A stretch of 64,000 nt of DNA, from contig DASVAP010000014.1 in the NCBI GenBank assembly GCA_036376275.1, positions 23,839 through 87,838 on the forward strand, read 5' to 3'. The notes under the pieces were generated by a model. The model was given only the letters and a program-made list of their open reading frames with translations, did not search any database and was not told the origin of the DNA. The translations under genes and the position numbers were made by a program. Every line of letters begins with the position of its first letter. The stretch's first letter is position 1. The stretch is from Planctomycetota bacterium (GTDB lineage: Bacteria > Planctomycetota > UBA1135 > GCA-002686595). This document shows positions 52,311 to 61,403 of this stretch, piece by piece.

Positions 52311-55300
52311 CGCGGCCGGAACAGGAGCCCGAAGGCGTAGTTGACGCGGTCGTACTCGTCGATCTCGGCCGTCAGGTACGTGGCGCGCGTGGCGCGGCGC
52401 GAGTCGGGCTTCAGGTAGAAGACCACGCGTCCGGTCGGCTGGCCCGAGCGCGAGGTCTTGGCGCCCACGTCGATCTCGAAGCGCTCCAGCAGGCTCTCGG
52501 TGTCGTCCTCGTCGCCGCCGAACCAGCGCACCAGCGCGTCGCGCGCCAGGAACACCGCCAGCGACTCCATCGCGGCCGTGCTGCGGTCCTCGCCGCGCGC
52601 CACGGGGAGCTGCCCGGTCAGCACCAGCACCCACAGGTCGTCGTCGGCCAGCGGGGGGCTCGAGGACAGCGCGACCTCGGGTGAGAGCATCGAGCCAGTC
52701 AACGTCGCACGCACCGTGTGCGAGCGCACGCGCATCTCGGCCGTGAGGTCGAGGTCCGGCAGGAGCGGCCGGTCCGGGCGGAAGGTCAGCACGCCCGAGG
52801 TCAGCTCGAGCGTGTTCGAGGGCAGCTCGAGCTCGGCCTCCTCGACGTAGGCCGAGCCCTCCAGGGTCGGGAACGCGCCCGTCCCGCGCAGCCACAGGTC
52901 CGGGCGCAGCGAGGCCGTCAGGAGGTTCGTGCGGTACTCGAAGGTGCGCGGTCCGGCGAAGTGCAGGGCGAGCTCGGCGTCGGCCAGCACGCCGTCGGTC
53001 CACAGCGCGAAGCCGTGCGGCTCGGGCCGCGCCGGGCGGCCCTCGGGCGCGGCGCGACGCGCGGCGCGCAGCAGCTCCTCCAGCGGGCTGAACTCGGTCG
53101 TGTAGCGGCCCTCGGCGATCTGCAGCTCGCCCGACAGCGCCACGCGGCTCGGCGTGCCCTTCACGCGCAGGTCGGCATCGGCCCGCAGGCGCAGGCGCGA
53201 GTCGCGCGCCAGCAGGAGGTTCTGGCCGGAGACGAGCAGGTCGAAGCGCCGCACGGGCCCGAAGGGCTCGAGCGTGCCGGTCACGAGCACCGGCGCGCCG
53301 CCGATCTCGCCGCGCAGCGACTGCACGCGCACGACGTCGTCCTCGAGCACCAGCTCGGACACGACGTCGCGGATCGGCGTGGCCATGCCGGACAGGCGCA
53401 GCTCGCCGCCGCGCAGCTCCAGCGCGCCGCCGAAGGAGGGCTGCAGGGCCGTGCCGGTGACGCTCACGCGCCCGGCGACCTGGCCCGCGGTCCGGCGCAC
53501 GTCGCCCGAGAGGCCCGCGACCCAGGAAACATCCGCCAGGTCGACGCGCGCCTCGAGCGCGACCGGTGCGTCGAGCAGGGCCCAGCGGTCCGAGAGCCAG
53601 CGCGGCAGGTCGAGCGCGCGCTCGACCTCGCCCGTGACCTCGATCGTGCCGCTCGGCGCCGCCAGCAGCGCGCGCGCGATGCGCAGGCGCTCACCGAACT
53701 CCAGCGAGGCCTCCAGGTCGGCCGCGCGCGCCCCGGCCTCCTTGCCGAGCGTCACGTCCTCGGCGAACAGCGTCAGGCTTCCGTCGAGGCGTTCCCAGGC
53801 GCCGGCCAGCTCGAGGGCCAGGGTGCAGGGTCCGGTGCGCGTGAGCTCCGGCGCGCGGCCGACGCGCGCGAGGGTGCGCACCAGGTCGCCGGTCTCGACG
53901 TCGAGGCGCAGCTCGACCGGCCCCGGGACGAAGGCCAGCGACCGGGCCGGGTCGAGGGGCATGCGCAGCGAGCCGGAGAGGCGCGGGGCCTCCGCGTCGG
54001 CGGCACGCAGCTCGAGGTGCTCAAGCGCGAGCCGCCGCGCGTCCAGCTCCCCCCGCAGGACCGCCGACAGCTCCGGCCAGGCCGGCCCCGCGCCCCAGTC
54101 GTCGAGGCGGAGGTCGAGCGCCAGCACGGCCGCCTCTTCCTCGGCGCCCAGCCCCAGGGCCTCGGCGTCGAGCTCGCCGCGCACCGTGCCGTGCACGCGC
54201 CCGCCGCGGAAGCCCGCCGGCAGGAAGGGCGCCAGCAGCGCGCCGGCCTGGTAGTCCTCGAAGACGACGCTCGCGCGCGTGCGCCCGGCGCCGTGGCGCA
54301 CGGCGACCTCGGCCCGCCCCGCGCCGGCCGTGCCCTCCGAGGTCAGGACCAGACCCTCGACCTCGAAGCGCCCCGGCCCGAAGGCGAGCTCGGCGCCCCG
54401 CGCCAGCTCGACGCGCGTGTCGCGCCACAGCAGCGCCAGGGTCGCGAGGCTGGCCTCGCCGCCGTTCTCGCGCAGGCGCAGCGTCCCGGCGGCCTCGAGC
54501 GTCGTCTCGCCGCTCGAGAGGTGCAGCTCGGCCACCTCCAGCGTGCCACCCTCGATGCGCCCGCGGGCCTCGCAGTCGTCGAGGTACAGCGCTCCGAGGT
54601 CCACGCCGCGCGCGCTGACCTCGAAGGAGCCGGTCGGTGCGCCGAGGGGCCCGTCGAGGCGCGCGTGCAGGAAGGCGTCCGTGCAGGGGAAGGGGAGCAG
54701 CTGCCCCAGCGCGCCGGCCTCGGCCGAGACGACCAGCGCGAGGTCCTCGAAGGCCAGCGGATCGAGGCGCAGCGCGCCGCGCAGCACGGCGGTCAGGTCC
54801 GGGCCCTCGATCTCGCAGCGCTCGAAGCGCGCGCGCTCGCCGTCGGTCTCGACGTCCACCTCGAGCGTGTCCAGCGTGACCCCGGCCACGCGCAGGCGCT
54901 CGCCCTGGCCGACGAAGCGTCCGATCGGGGCCCGGAGCGGCCCGGAGACCTCGATCGCGCCGCGCCAGGCCCCGGCCAGGTCCAGCCCGAAGGCGCGACC
55001 GAGCGGCCCGACGTCGTCGAACTCGCCGGTCAGCTCGAGGTCGAGCTGCAGCTCGTCCCACGCGCCGCTGGCGGGCAGCACCAGCTCGCCGCGTCCGAGC
55101 TCGAGGCGCCCGCCCTCCACCGCCAGGCGCCCGCGCACCTGCGCGCAGCCGCCGGCGGTGGAGAGCTCGAGCTCGGCCGAGCGCAGCGGGAGGCCGAGCA
55201 GCTCGGCCACCTGCCGTGGATCGGGGAGCTCGGCGCGCGCCGCACCGCGCAGCTTGCGTGCGAGCTCGAGCTCGCTCCCGGGCTCGTCCCGACCGAGGGG

Positions 55301-55924
55301 CGCGAGGTCGACCAGCGCCTCGGAGATAATCAGGCGGTTCTGGCCGACCACGAGCCGCAGGTCCTCGAGCGCCGCCTCGCTGCCCGCCAGGACGACGCCA
55401 CCGCTCAGGCGGTCCAGGCGCACCTCGCTCGCGCCGGGCCGACGCAGGCGCAGGTCGGCGAGGTCGAGCTCGAGGCGCAGGGTCGGGAGCGTGCCGCCCG
55501 CCTCCTCCGTGGCGCTACCGGCCTCCGCCGGCGGCCGGGCCAGCTCGAGGCCGCGCCCCTGGATGCGCAGCGCGAGGTCGGGCTCGCCCCGCAGGGCCCC
55601 GAGCAGCGAGTAGGAGACCTCGATGCGCGCCTCCTCCACGGCGAGCAGGGGCGCGCGCGCCCCCCGCAGCTGCACCCCCTCGAGCACGAGGTCGCGCCAC
55701 AGCGAGCCCGAGACGCGCGTGAGCGTCAGCTCGCCGCCCAGCTCCTTCCGCACCCAGTCCCGCGCCGCGCGCGCGATCAGCGGGCCGGCCCAGCGCTCGC
55801 GCGTGACGACGAGCGTGGCCGGGACCAGCACCAGCAGCGCGGCGAGCCAGCGCCACCGGCGGCGCGGCCGTGCGGCCCCGCGCGGCCTCTCCGGCGGCGG
55901 GGGCGGGCTCGCGTCGGTGCCCAT
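52307..55924 (-). CDS. tamB: TamB/AsmA-like translocation and assembly module protein (DUF490-type C-terminus)
   Basis: 1205 aa from the ATG at rc 55922-55924. N-terminal anchor RRRWRWLAALLVLVPATLVVT. Long repetitive beta-rich body (LRL/LEL/VEV periodicity). The C-terminus is GRVVFYLKP...NYAFGLLFRPR. ATGA overlap with the downstream Omp85 gene. Confidence 0.7.
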   Translation of the reverse strand: MGTDASPPPPPERPRGAARPRRRWRWLAALLVLVPATLVVTRERWAGPLIARAARDWVRKELGGELTLTRVSGSLWRDLVLEGVQLRGARAPLLAVEEARIEVSYSLLGALRGEPDLALRIQGRGLELARPPAEAGSATEEAGGTLPTLRLELDLADLRLRRPGASEVRLDRLSGGVVLAGSEAALEDLRLVVGQNRLIISEALVDLAPLGRDEPGSELELARKLRGAARAELPDPRQVAELLGLPLRSAELELSTAGGCAQVRGRLAVEGGRLELGRGELVLPASGAWDELQLDLELTGEFDDVGPLGRAFGLDLAGAWRGAIEVSGPLRAPIGRFVGQGERLRVAGVTLDTLEVDVETDGERARFERCEIEGPDLTAVLRGALRLDPLAFEDLALVVSAEAGALGQLLPFPCTDAFLHARLDGPLGAPTGSFEVSARGVDLGALYLDDCEARGRIEGGTLEVAELHLSSGETTLEAAGTLRLRENGGEASLATLALLWRDTRVELARGAELAFGPGRFEVEGLVLTSEGTAGAGRAEVAVRHGAGRTRASVVFEDYQAGALLAPFLPAGFRGGRVHGTVRGELDAEALGLGAEEEAAVLALDLRLDDWGAGPAWPELSAVLRGELDARRLALEHLELRAADAEAPRLSGSLRMPLDPARSLAFVPGPVELRLDVETGDLVRTLARVGRAPELTRTGPCTLALELAGAWERLDGSLTLFAEDVTLGKEAGARAADLEASLEFGERLRIARALLAAPSGTIEVTGEVERALDLPRWLSDRWALLDAPVALEARVDLADVSWVAGLSGDVRRTAGQVAGRVSVTGTALQPSFGGALELRGGELRLSGMATPIRDVVSELVLEDDVVRVQSLRGEIGGAPVLVTGTLEPFGPVRRFDLLVSGQNLLLARDSRLRLRADADLRVKGTPSRVALSGELQIAEGRYTTEFSPLEELLRAARRAAPEGRPARPEPHGFALWTDGVLADAELALHFAGPRTFEYRTNLLTASLRPDLWLRGTGAFPTLEGSAYVEEAELELPSNTLELTSGVLTFRPDRPLLPDLDLTAEMRVRSHTVRATLTGSMLSPEVALSSSPPLADDDLWVLVLTGQLPVARGEDRSTAAMESLAVFLARDALVRWFGGDEDDTESLLERFEIDVGAKTSRSGQPTGRVVFYLKPDSRRATRATYLTAEIDEYDRVNYAFGLLFRPR

Positions 55925-56021
55925 GGCTCGCGGCAGGATAGCGCCCGGCGGTGGGGGTTCACGGACCGGCGGCGCGCGTTGTCCGCCGAATCGGCCTCCG
56001 CTAGGCTGCCCTTTCCCCTGC

Positions 56022-57083
56022 ATGATCCTGCGCGACCTCCTGCGCGTCCTGGGCTCGAACGACCGCCGGGACGGGCGCAACCTGACCCACGAGGAGGCCT
56101 ACCGCGCCTTCCTGACGATCCTGGACGGCGAGGAGAGCGAGATCCGCATCGGCGCCTTCCTGATCGCCCTGCGCTGGAAGGGCGTCACGGTCGACGAGGT
56201 CACCGGCTTCGCGCGCGCGGCCCGCGAGCGCGCCACGATCCCCTGCCAGGGCATGGCCGGCCTCGTGTGCCTGTGCCCGCCGCACGACGGCTACGACCTG
56301 ACGCCGCCGCTCGAGGTCGCGGCCGGCATCGTGGCGGCCGGGGCCGGGGCGCGCGTCCTGCTCGTGGCCGACCGCGGCGTGCCGCCCAAGCGCGGATTGA
56401 CCGGCGCGCACGTCCTGGAGGAGCTCGAGGCGCCGATGAGCTGGGACCCGGCCGAGGCCGAGCGCCACGTGAAGGAGGCCGGCTTCGGCGCGATCGCGGC
56501 CCCGGGCATGCTGCCGGCGCTGCTCGGCCTGCGGCGCGTGCGCGGCGACGTCGGCGTGCGCACGCCGCTCTCGACGGTCGAGAAGCTGATCGTGCCGGCC
56601 AGCTCGGCGCTGCTGCTCGGCTCGAACCCCGGCGCCGTGCTCGGCCTCGCGGCCGGCACGATGGCGGGCCTCGGCCACTCGGCCGGGATCGCGATCCAGG
56701 GCGTCGGCGGCGGGATCATCCCCTCGCTCACGCGCCGCACGCGCGGGGTCGAGATCGCCGGCCTGCACCAGGTCCCGCTCTCGGTCGAGCCGGCCGACTT
56801 CGGCCTCGACGCCCCGGAGAACCCCGAGCTCCCGATGTACGGCCCGCCCGACGAGGGCCAGGGCCCGGGCGACAACCCGGCCCTCGTGCGCGACGCCGGC
56901 GCGATGACGCGCTCGGTCCTGGCGGGCGAGGCGGGCGCGGCGCGCAACGCGACGCTGCTCGGCGCGGCCGTGATCCTGAAGGCCGCCGGCCGCGCGCTGA
57001 CCCTGGCCGAGGGCGTGGACGCGGCCATGAAGAGCCTCGAGTCGGGCAAGGCGCGCGCGGTGCTGGCCAAGCTGAAGGCGTAG
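56022..57083 (+). CDS. glycosyl transferase family 3 (TrpD-like) protein, GTGGD motif not conserved
   Basis: 353 aa. N-terminal helical domain EAYRAFLTILDGEESEIRIGAFLIALRWKGVTVDEVTGFA. The core aligns with TrpD (RVRGDVGVRTPLSTVEKLIVP). The GTGGDG position reads CPPHDGY. Confidence 0.65.
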   Translation: MILRDLLRVLGSNDRRDGRNLTHEEAYRAFLTILDGEESEIRIGAFLIALRWKGVTVDEVTGFARAARERATIPCQGMAGLVCLCPPHDGYDLTPPLEVAAGIVAAGAGARVLLVADRGVPPKRGLTGAHVLEELEAPMSWDPAEAERHVKEAGFGAIAAPGMLPALLGLRRVRGDVGVRTPLSTVEKLIVPASSALLLGSNPGAVLGLAAGTMAGLGHSAGIAIQGVGGGIIPSLTRRTRGVEIAGLHQVPLSVEPADFGLDAPENPELPMYGPPDEGQGPGDNPALVRDAGAMTRSVLAGEAGAARNATLLGAAVILKAAGRALTLAEGVDAAMKSLESGKARAVLAKLKA

Positions 57084-57151
57084 GGCGCCCGGCGAGCGCG
57101 CCGGCTTCCTCGGGCCGTGCTACGCTCGCGCTCCCACGGAGGGAGGAGCCC

Positions 57152-58009
57152 ATGCCGCGCGCTGTCCTGTTCCTGCTCGTCCTGGTCGCCAGCGCGTTCG
57201 CGCCCGCACCGCTCCAGGAGCGCGTCAAGGGCGTCCGGCAGCTCGTCCTGGAGGTCCAGGTCGACCCCGAGCGCGCGCGCGCGGTCGGCTGGGGGGCGGC
57301 GGACGACGCGGGCGTCGTCGCGCTCGCCGCGAAGGTGGTGAAGCGTCGTCTGGTGGCCATGGGGCGCGAGGTCGCGGTCGAGCTCGTGTCCGGCGAGGAG
57401 CGCTTCCGCCTGTCGCTGCCGAGCGTCGACCCGCGCGACCCGGAGCGCCTGCGCGGCCTGGTGCACAGCCTCGGCGCGCTGGAGTTCCTGTTCGTCGCCG
57501 AGCAGGAGGCCGAGCGCGAGGCTCCGCGACTCGCTGCCTGGCGCCGGGTGAACCCGGAAGCGCCGCTGGAGGAGCTCAACCACCTCGCGCCCGACGATGG
57601 CGGCCCGCCGGAGGGCTTCGCGTGGTTCGAGACGGTCTACCACTCGGAGACCGGCGAGCCGACGGCCGGACCGCCCTACTTGCTGCGCCTGCCCGCCGAG
57701 CCCGCCGATCACGTCGGCGCGGCCGACCTCGCACGCACACACCTCGTCACCGACCCAACTGGCTTTCCCGCGATCGGCTTCGAGCTCAGGCCCGGCCGCG
57801 TGGACGACTTCGCGCGCCTCACCGGGTCGCACCTGAACCGACGCATGGCGATCGTGATCGCCGGTCGCGTCCGCTCCGTCCCTACATTGAACTCCAGGCT
57901 CGGTGCAGGCGGAGTCATCGAGGGGCGCTTCGGCAAGGACGAGATCGAGCGCCTGACGCGCGAGATCGCCGCGGGAGCCGGGCCGCTGCGCGTCCTCGAG
58001 CCGCGCTGA
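57152..58009 (+). CDS. secreted/anchored protein resembling the periplasmic P1 domain of SecD, without the SecD membrane domain
   Basis: 285 aa. GGAGGAG lies upstream of ATG 57152. N-terminal hydrophobic MPRAVLFLLVLVASAFAPAP. Contains LVLEVQVD, LGALEFLFVAEQ and RMAIVIAGRVRSVPTLNSRLGAGGVIEGRFGKDEIERLTREIAAGAGPL, which parallel SecD P1 blocks. It ends before any further TM segment. Confidence 0.55.
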   Translation: MPRAVLFLLVLVASAFAPAPLQERVKGVRQLVLEVQVDPERARAVGWGAADDAGVVALAAKVVKRRLVAMGREVAVELVSGEERFRLSLPSVDPRDPERLRGLVHSLGALEFLFVAEQEAEREAPRLAAWRRVNPEAPLEELNHLAPDDGGPPEGFAWFETVYHSETGEPTAGPPYLLRLPAEPADHVGAADLARTHLVTDPTGFPAIGFELRPGRVDDFARLTGSHLNRRMAIVIAGRVRSVPTLNSRLGAGGVIEGRFGKDEIERLTREIAAGAGPLRVLEPR

Positions 58010-58018
58010 GAGCCGCCT

Positions 58019-59446
58019 TCAGCCCTTCACGACCACGAACGGCTTCAGCCTGGCCACCGGCCGCGCCAGGCCCGCACGCACGACGACGTCGATCACGTCG
58101 GCGACGTCCTTGTAGGCCTCGCTGATCTCCTCCTCGACCGTGGCGCGGCCGGCGGCCTGGAGCGAGATGCCCCGCTTGGCGAGTTCGCGGCCGATGTCGC
58201 GGCCGCGGGCGACCTCGCGCGCCTTGGTACGGCTCAGGACGCGTCCGGCGCCGTGGCAGCAGGAGCCGAAGGAGCGCTGCTCGGCCTCCCTCGTCCCCAG
58301 CAGGACGAAGGAGTAGCGGCCCATGTCGCCCGGGACGAGCACGGGCTGGCCGAGCTCGCGGTAGGGGAGCGGGACGTCCGGGTGCCCGGGCCCGAAGGCG
58401 CGCGTGGCGCCCTTGCGGTGCACGACCAGCTCGCGCTCGACGCCGTCGACGACGTGGCGCTCCGACTTCGCGATGTTGTGGCACACGTCGTAGACCACGC
58501 GCACGTCGAGGTCGCCGAAGGCCTTGGTGAGAACCTGGCGCACGCGGTGCGTGATCACCTGACGGTTGGCGAAGGCGAAGTTCATGGCCGCGCCCATGGC
58601 GCCGAAGTAGGCCCGGCCCTCGTCGGAGTCGAACGGTGCCGCGCAGAGCTGGCGGTCGGGGAGCTCGATCCCGTAGCGCCGCGAGGCGCTCTGCATGCGC
58701 GCCAGGTAGTCGTCGCACACCTGGTGTCCGAATCCACGTGAGCCGGTGTGGATCAGGACCGTCAGCTCGCCCGCGAGGAGCCCGAGCGCGCGCGCGGCCG
58801 GCTCGTCGAGGACCTCGGCCACCGTCTGCACCTCGAGAAAATGGTTGCCGGAGCCCAGCGTGCCGAGCTGCGGCGCACCGCGGATGCGCGCGTCGGCCGA
58901 GACGAAGCGCGGGTCGGCCCAGGCGGCGCAGCCGCGCTCCTCGAGCCGCTCCAGGTCCTCGGGCGTGCCGTACTCGCGCTCGACGGCCCAGGCGGCACCC
59001 TTGCGGGCCACCTGGTCGAGCTCGTGGGCCTTGAGCTGGATCGCCCCGCCGCGCCCCGCGCCGGCCGGGACCGCCTGGAGCAGCGCCTTGGCGATCTCGC
59101 CGCGGTGCTCGCGCGCCTTCTTCGGCCGCACGCCGCGCACGGAGAGCAGGCGCACGCCGCAGTTGATGTCGAAGCCGACCCCGCCGGGCGAGATCACGCC
59201 GCCCTCCTTCGGATCGAAGGCCGCCACGCCGCCGATCGGGAAGCCGTAGCCCCAGTGGATGTCCGGCATCGCGATCGAGGCCGAGACGATCCCGGGCAGG
59301 CAGGCGACGTTGGCGACCTGGCCGAGGCAGGGGTCGTCGCGGATCGAGCGCAGCAGCGTCTCCGAGGCGAAGATGCGCCCGGGCACGCGCATCGCTCCGG
59401 ACTGCGGGAGCTCCCACTCGTCGGGGCCGACCTGGACCAGGGCCAT
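58019..59446 (-). CDS. rtcB: RNA-splicing ligase RtcB
   Basis: 475 aa from the ATG at rc 59444-59446. Motifs: MPDIHWGYGFPIGGV, GGVGFDINCG, LGSGNHFLE, HTGSRGFGHQ, CHNIA, CCHGAGR. Confidence 0.9.
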   Translation of the reverse strand: MALVQVGPDEWELPQSGAMRVPGRIFASETLLRSIRDDPCLGQVANVACLPGIVSASIAMPDIHWGYGFPIGGVAAFDPKEGGVISPGGVGFDINCGVRLLSVRGVRPKKAREHRGEIAKALLQAVPAGAGRGGAIQLKAHELDQVARKGAAWAVEREYGTPEDLERLEERGCAAWADPRFVSADARIRGAPQLGTLGSGNHFLEVQTVAEVLDEPAARALGLLAGELTVLIHTGSRGFGHQVCDDYLARMQSASRRYGIELPDRQLCAAPFDSDEGRAYFGAMGAAMNFAFANRQVITHRVRQVLTKAFGDLDVRVVYDVCHNIAKSERHVVDGVERELVVHRKGATRAFGPGHPDVPLPYRELGQPVLVPGDMGRYSFVLLGTREAEQRSFGSCCHGAGRVLSRTKAREVARGRDIGRELAKRGISLQAAGRATVEEEISEAYKDVADVIDVVVRAGLARPVARLKPFVVVKG

Positions 59447-59583
59447 GGGGAAGAGCGTAGGGCCGGCACGGCCCACGCGGGAGCGATTCCGGGGCGGCGA
59501 GGGAGAGCCGGGGCCGTGCAAGAGACGTGGAAGAAGCCGCCCGGAGCCGCGCCGCCGGCCGGCCGCGCCGCATCCTGGCGCGC

Positions 59584-60747
59584 ATGCTCCCGGCGCTCAC
59601 GCTCGCCCTGTTCCCCGCGCTCCTCGTTCCCCAGACCCCCGCGGGCGCCGCCGAGCTCGATCCCGCGCGCGTGGAGCGCCTCGTGGCGGAGCTCGAGCGC
59701 CTGGCCGAGCTGCACCGCGTGCCCGGCTTCTCGGCCGCGCTCGTCCACCGGCGGAAGCTCGCCTGGAGCCACGGATCCGGCCACGCCGACCTCGAGCACG
59801 ACCTGTGGGCCACGCCGGAGACGCGCTACCGCATCGCCTCGGTCTCGAAGCCCCTCGCGGCGGTGCTGATCCTGCAGCTCGTCGAGCAGGGCAAGCTCTC
59901 CCTCGACGCGCCGATGAAGGACTTCCGCATCCACCGCTGGTTCGCGCCGGATCCGGCGCGCTACCAGGCGCAGCCGATCCTCCTGCGCCACGTCCTGACG
60001 CACACGAGCGAGGGCGTGCCGGGCGAGAGCTACGCCTACAACGGCAACATCTTCGTCGACCTGACCTGGGTGCTCGAGGAGGTGACGCGCACGGCCTACC
60101 CGCGGCTGTTGCAGGCGCGCCTCTTCGATCCGCTCGGGATGGAGCGCTCCGTGCCCGGCCACGCGCGGCCCGGCACGAGCGAGCGGGTCGAGCTGGCGCG
60201 CCCCTACCAGCCCGACGGCGATGGGTACGTGCCGGCCCCGTACCAGATGATCGATCCGGATCCGGCCCTCGACCTGACCGGCTTCGACCCGATCTTCAAC
60301 CTGCCCGAGGAGGCGCTGGCCGCCCGCCGCGAGCTCCTGGGCGACGGCTTCCTGCACCTGAACGGCGTCAGCACGTCGAGCGGCGTCGTCACGACCGTGC
60401 TCGACCTCGCGCGCTTCGACGTGGCGCTCGACGAGGGACGCCTCCTCTCGGCCGCCAGCCGCGAGCGCATGTTCACGGCGGCCGTCACGAGCACCGGCGC
60501 GAGCCTGCCCTACGGCCTGGGCTGGTTCGTCGAGACGATCGCCGGCCGCAAGGTGCTGTGGCACTACGGCTGGCTCCCGCCGTGCGTCTCGGCGCTCTAC
60601 GTCAAGGTGCCCGAGGCCGAGCTGAGCTTCGTCCTGCTCGGGGCCAACGACCGGCTCAGCGCGGGCTTCGCCTGGGGCCGCGAGGGGTTGCGCGCCTCGC
60701 CCTTTGCGCGGGCCTTCCTGGAGGCCTTCGCGCTCGACGGCGCCTGA
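59584..60747 (+). CDS. serine hydrolase, beta-lactamase/PBP4*-like family
   Basis: Signal MLPALTLALFPALLVPQTPAGAA. SxxK appears as IASVSKPL and YxN as YAYNGN. The start is ATG 59584 (alternative GTG 59527). Confidence 0.8.
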   Translation: MLPALTLALFPALLVPQTPAGAAELDPARVERLVAELERLAELHRVPGFSAALVHRRKLAWSHGSGHADLEHDLWATPETRYRIASVSKPLAAVLILQLVEQGKLSLDAPMKDFRIHRWFAPDPARYQAQPILLRHVLTHTSEGVPGESYAYNGNIFVDLTWVLEEVTRTAYPRLLQARLFDPLGMERSVPGHARPGTSERVELARPYQPDGDGYVPAPYQMIDPDPALDLTGFDPIFNLPEEALAARRELLGDGFLHLNGVSTSSGVVTTVLDLARFDVALDEGRLLSAASRERMFTAAVTSTGASLPYGLGWFVETIAGRKVLWHYGWLPPCVSALYVKVPEAELSFVLLGANDRLSAGFAWGREGLRASPFARAFLEAFALDGA

Positions 60748-60767
60748 GCGCAACCCCGGGCGGCACA

Positions 60768-61226
60768 CTACTCCGGCGGCAGCTCGTAGATCCCGTGCCC
60801 GACCGAGAGCAGGCGCTTCTGGCGCGCCAGCTCCTCCCACACCTCGCGCGGGTAGCGCTCGGGCGGGCGCATGCCGAGGATGCCCGACTCGCGGCCCTTG
60901 CTCATCGGCCCGCCGCCGATCGAGGACTCGGCGTCGAGGCGCGTGACCTTCAGGGACTTGCGGAAGGCCTTCAGCGCCCGGCTCAGGAGCTCGCGGTCCT
61001 GCGGGGGCAGGAGGCGCTTGCCCGAGCGCCAGCCCGCGACGAGCTCGCGCAGGGCGGCGAGGTCGCGCCCGTCGAGCACGCGCGCCAGCTCGGGCTCCTG
61101 GGAGCGGGTCGGGCCGAGCGCCTGGAGCGCACGCCGCCAGGCGTCGTCGCGCGTGGCCTCGGCCTCCAGCTCCTCGAGGAGGCCCGCGAGCTGGGCGCTC
61201 AGGAGTTGCATCGGTGCGTCGTGCAT
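60768..61226 (-). CDS. hypothetical protein
   Basis: 152 aa from the ATG at rc 61224-61226. Non-filler composition (MHDAPMQLLSAQLAGLLEELEAEATRDDAWRRALQ...SVGHGIYELPPE). The upstream 334 codons of the track ORF are antisense to the methyltransferase gene. Confidence 0.45.
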   Translation of the reverse strand: MHDAPMQLLSAQLAGLLEELEAEATRDDAWRRALQALGPTRSQEPELARVLDGRDLAALRELVAGWRSGKRLLPPQDRELLSRALKAFRKSLKVTRLDAESSIGGGPMSKGRESGILGMRPPERYPREVWEELARQKRLLSVGHGIYELPPE

Positions 61227-61403
61227 GGGGGTGGGTCTCCGGGGAGCGAAGGCGGGGCCCCAGGGTAGCGGCCGGTGCGCGCGCGAGGGGTGGAGCCGGC
61301 CCGGAAGGTAGCGGCAAGACCTGCCCGGGACCGCGGGGGGACGGAAGGCGTTGCCCGGTGGGTTCTCCCGGCGCGGCGTGCGGAATCCCCGGGGCCCGAG
61401 CCG

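Noticed and set aside
52718-57151. Bulk of the 1763-aa + strand track ORF, the longest ORF in the window
   Set aside because: It is antisense to tamB and out of frame with the TrpD-like gene. The composition is dominated by Arg, Ala, Gly, Glu and Gln, typical of open antisense frames in high-GC DNA. Only the last 285 codons (57152-58009) have a Shine-Dalgarno, a signal segment and family-like blocks.
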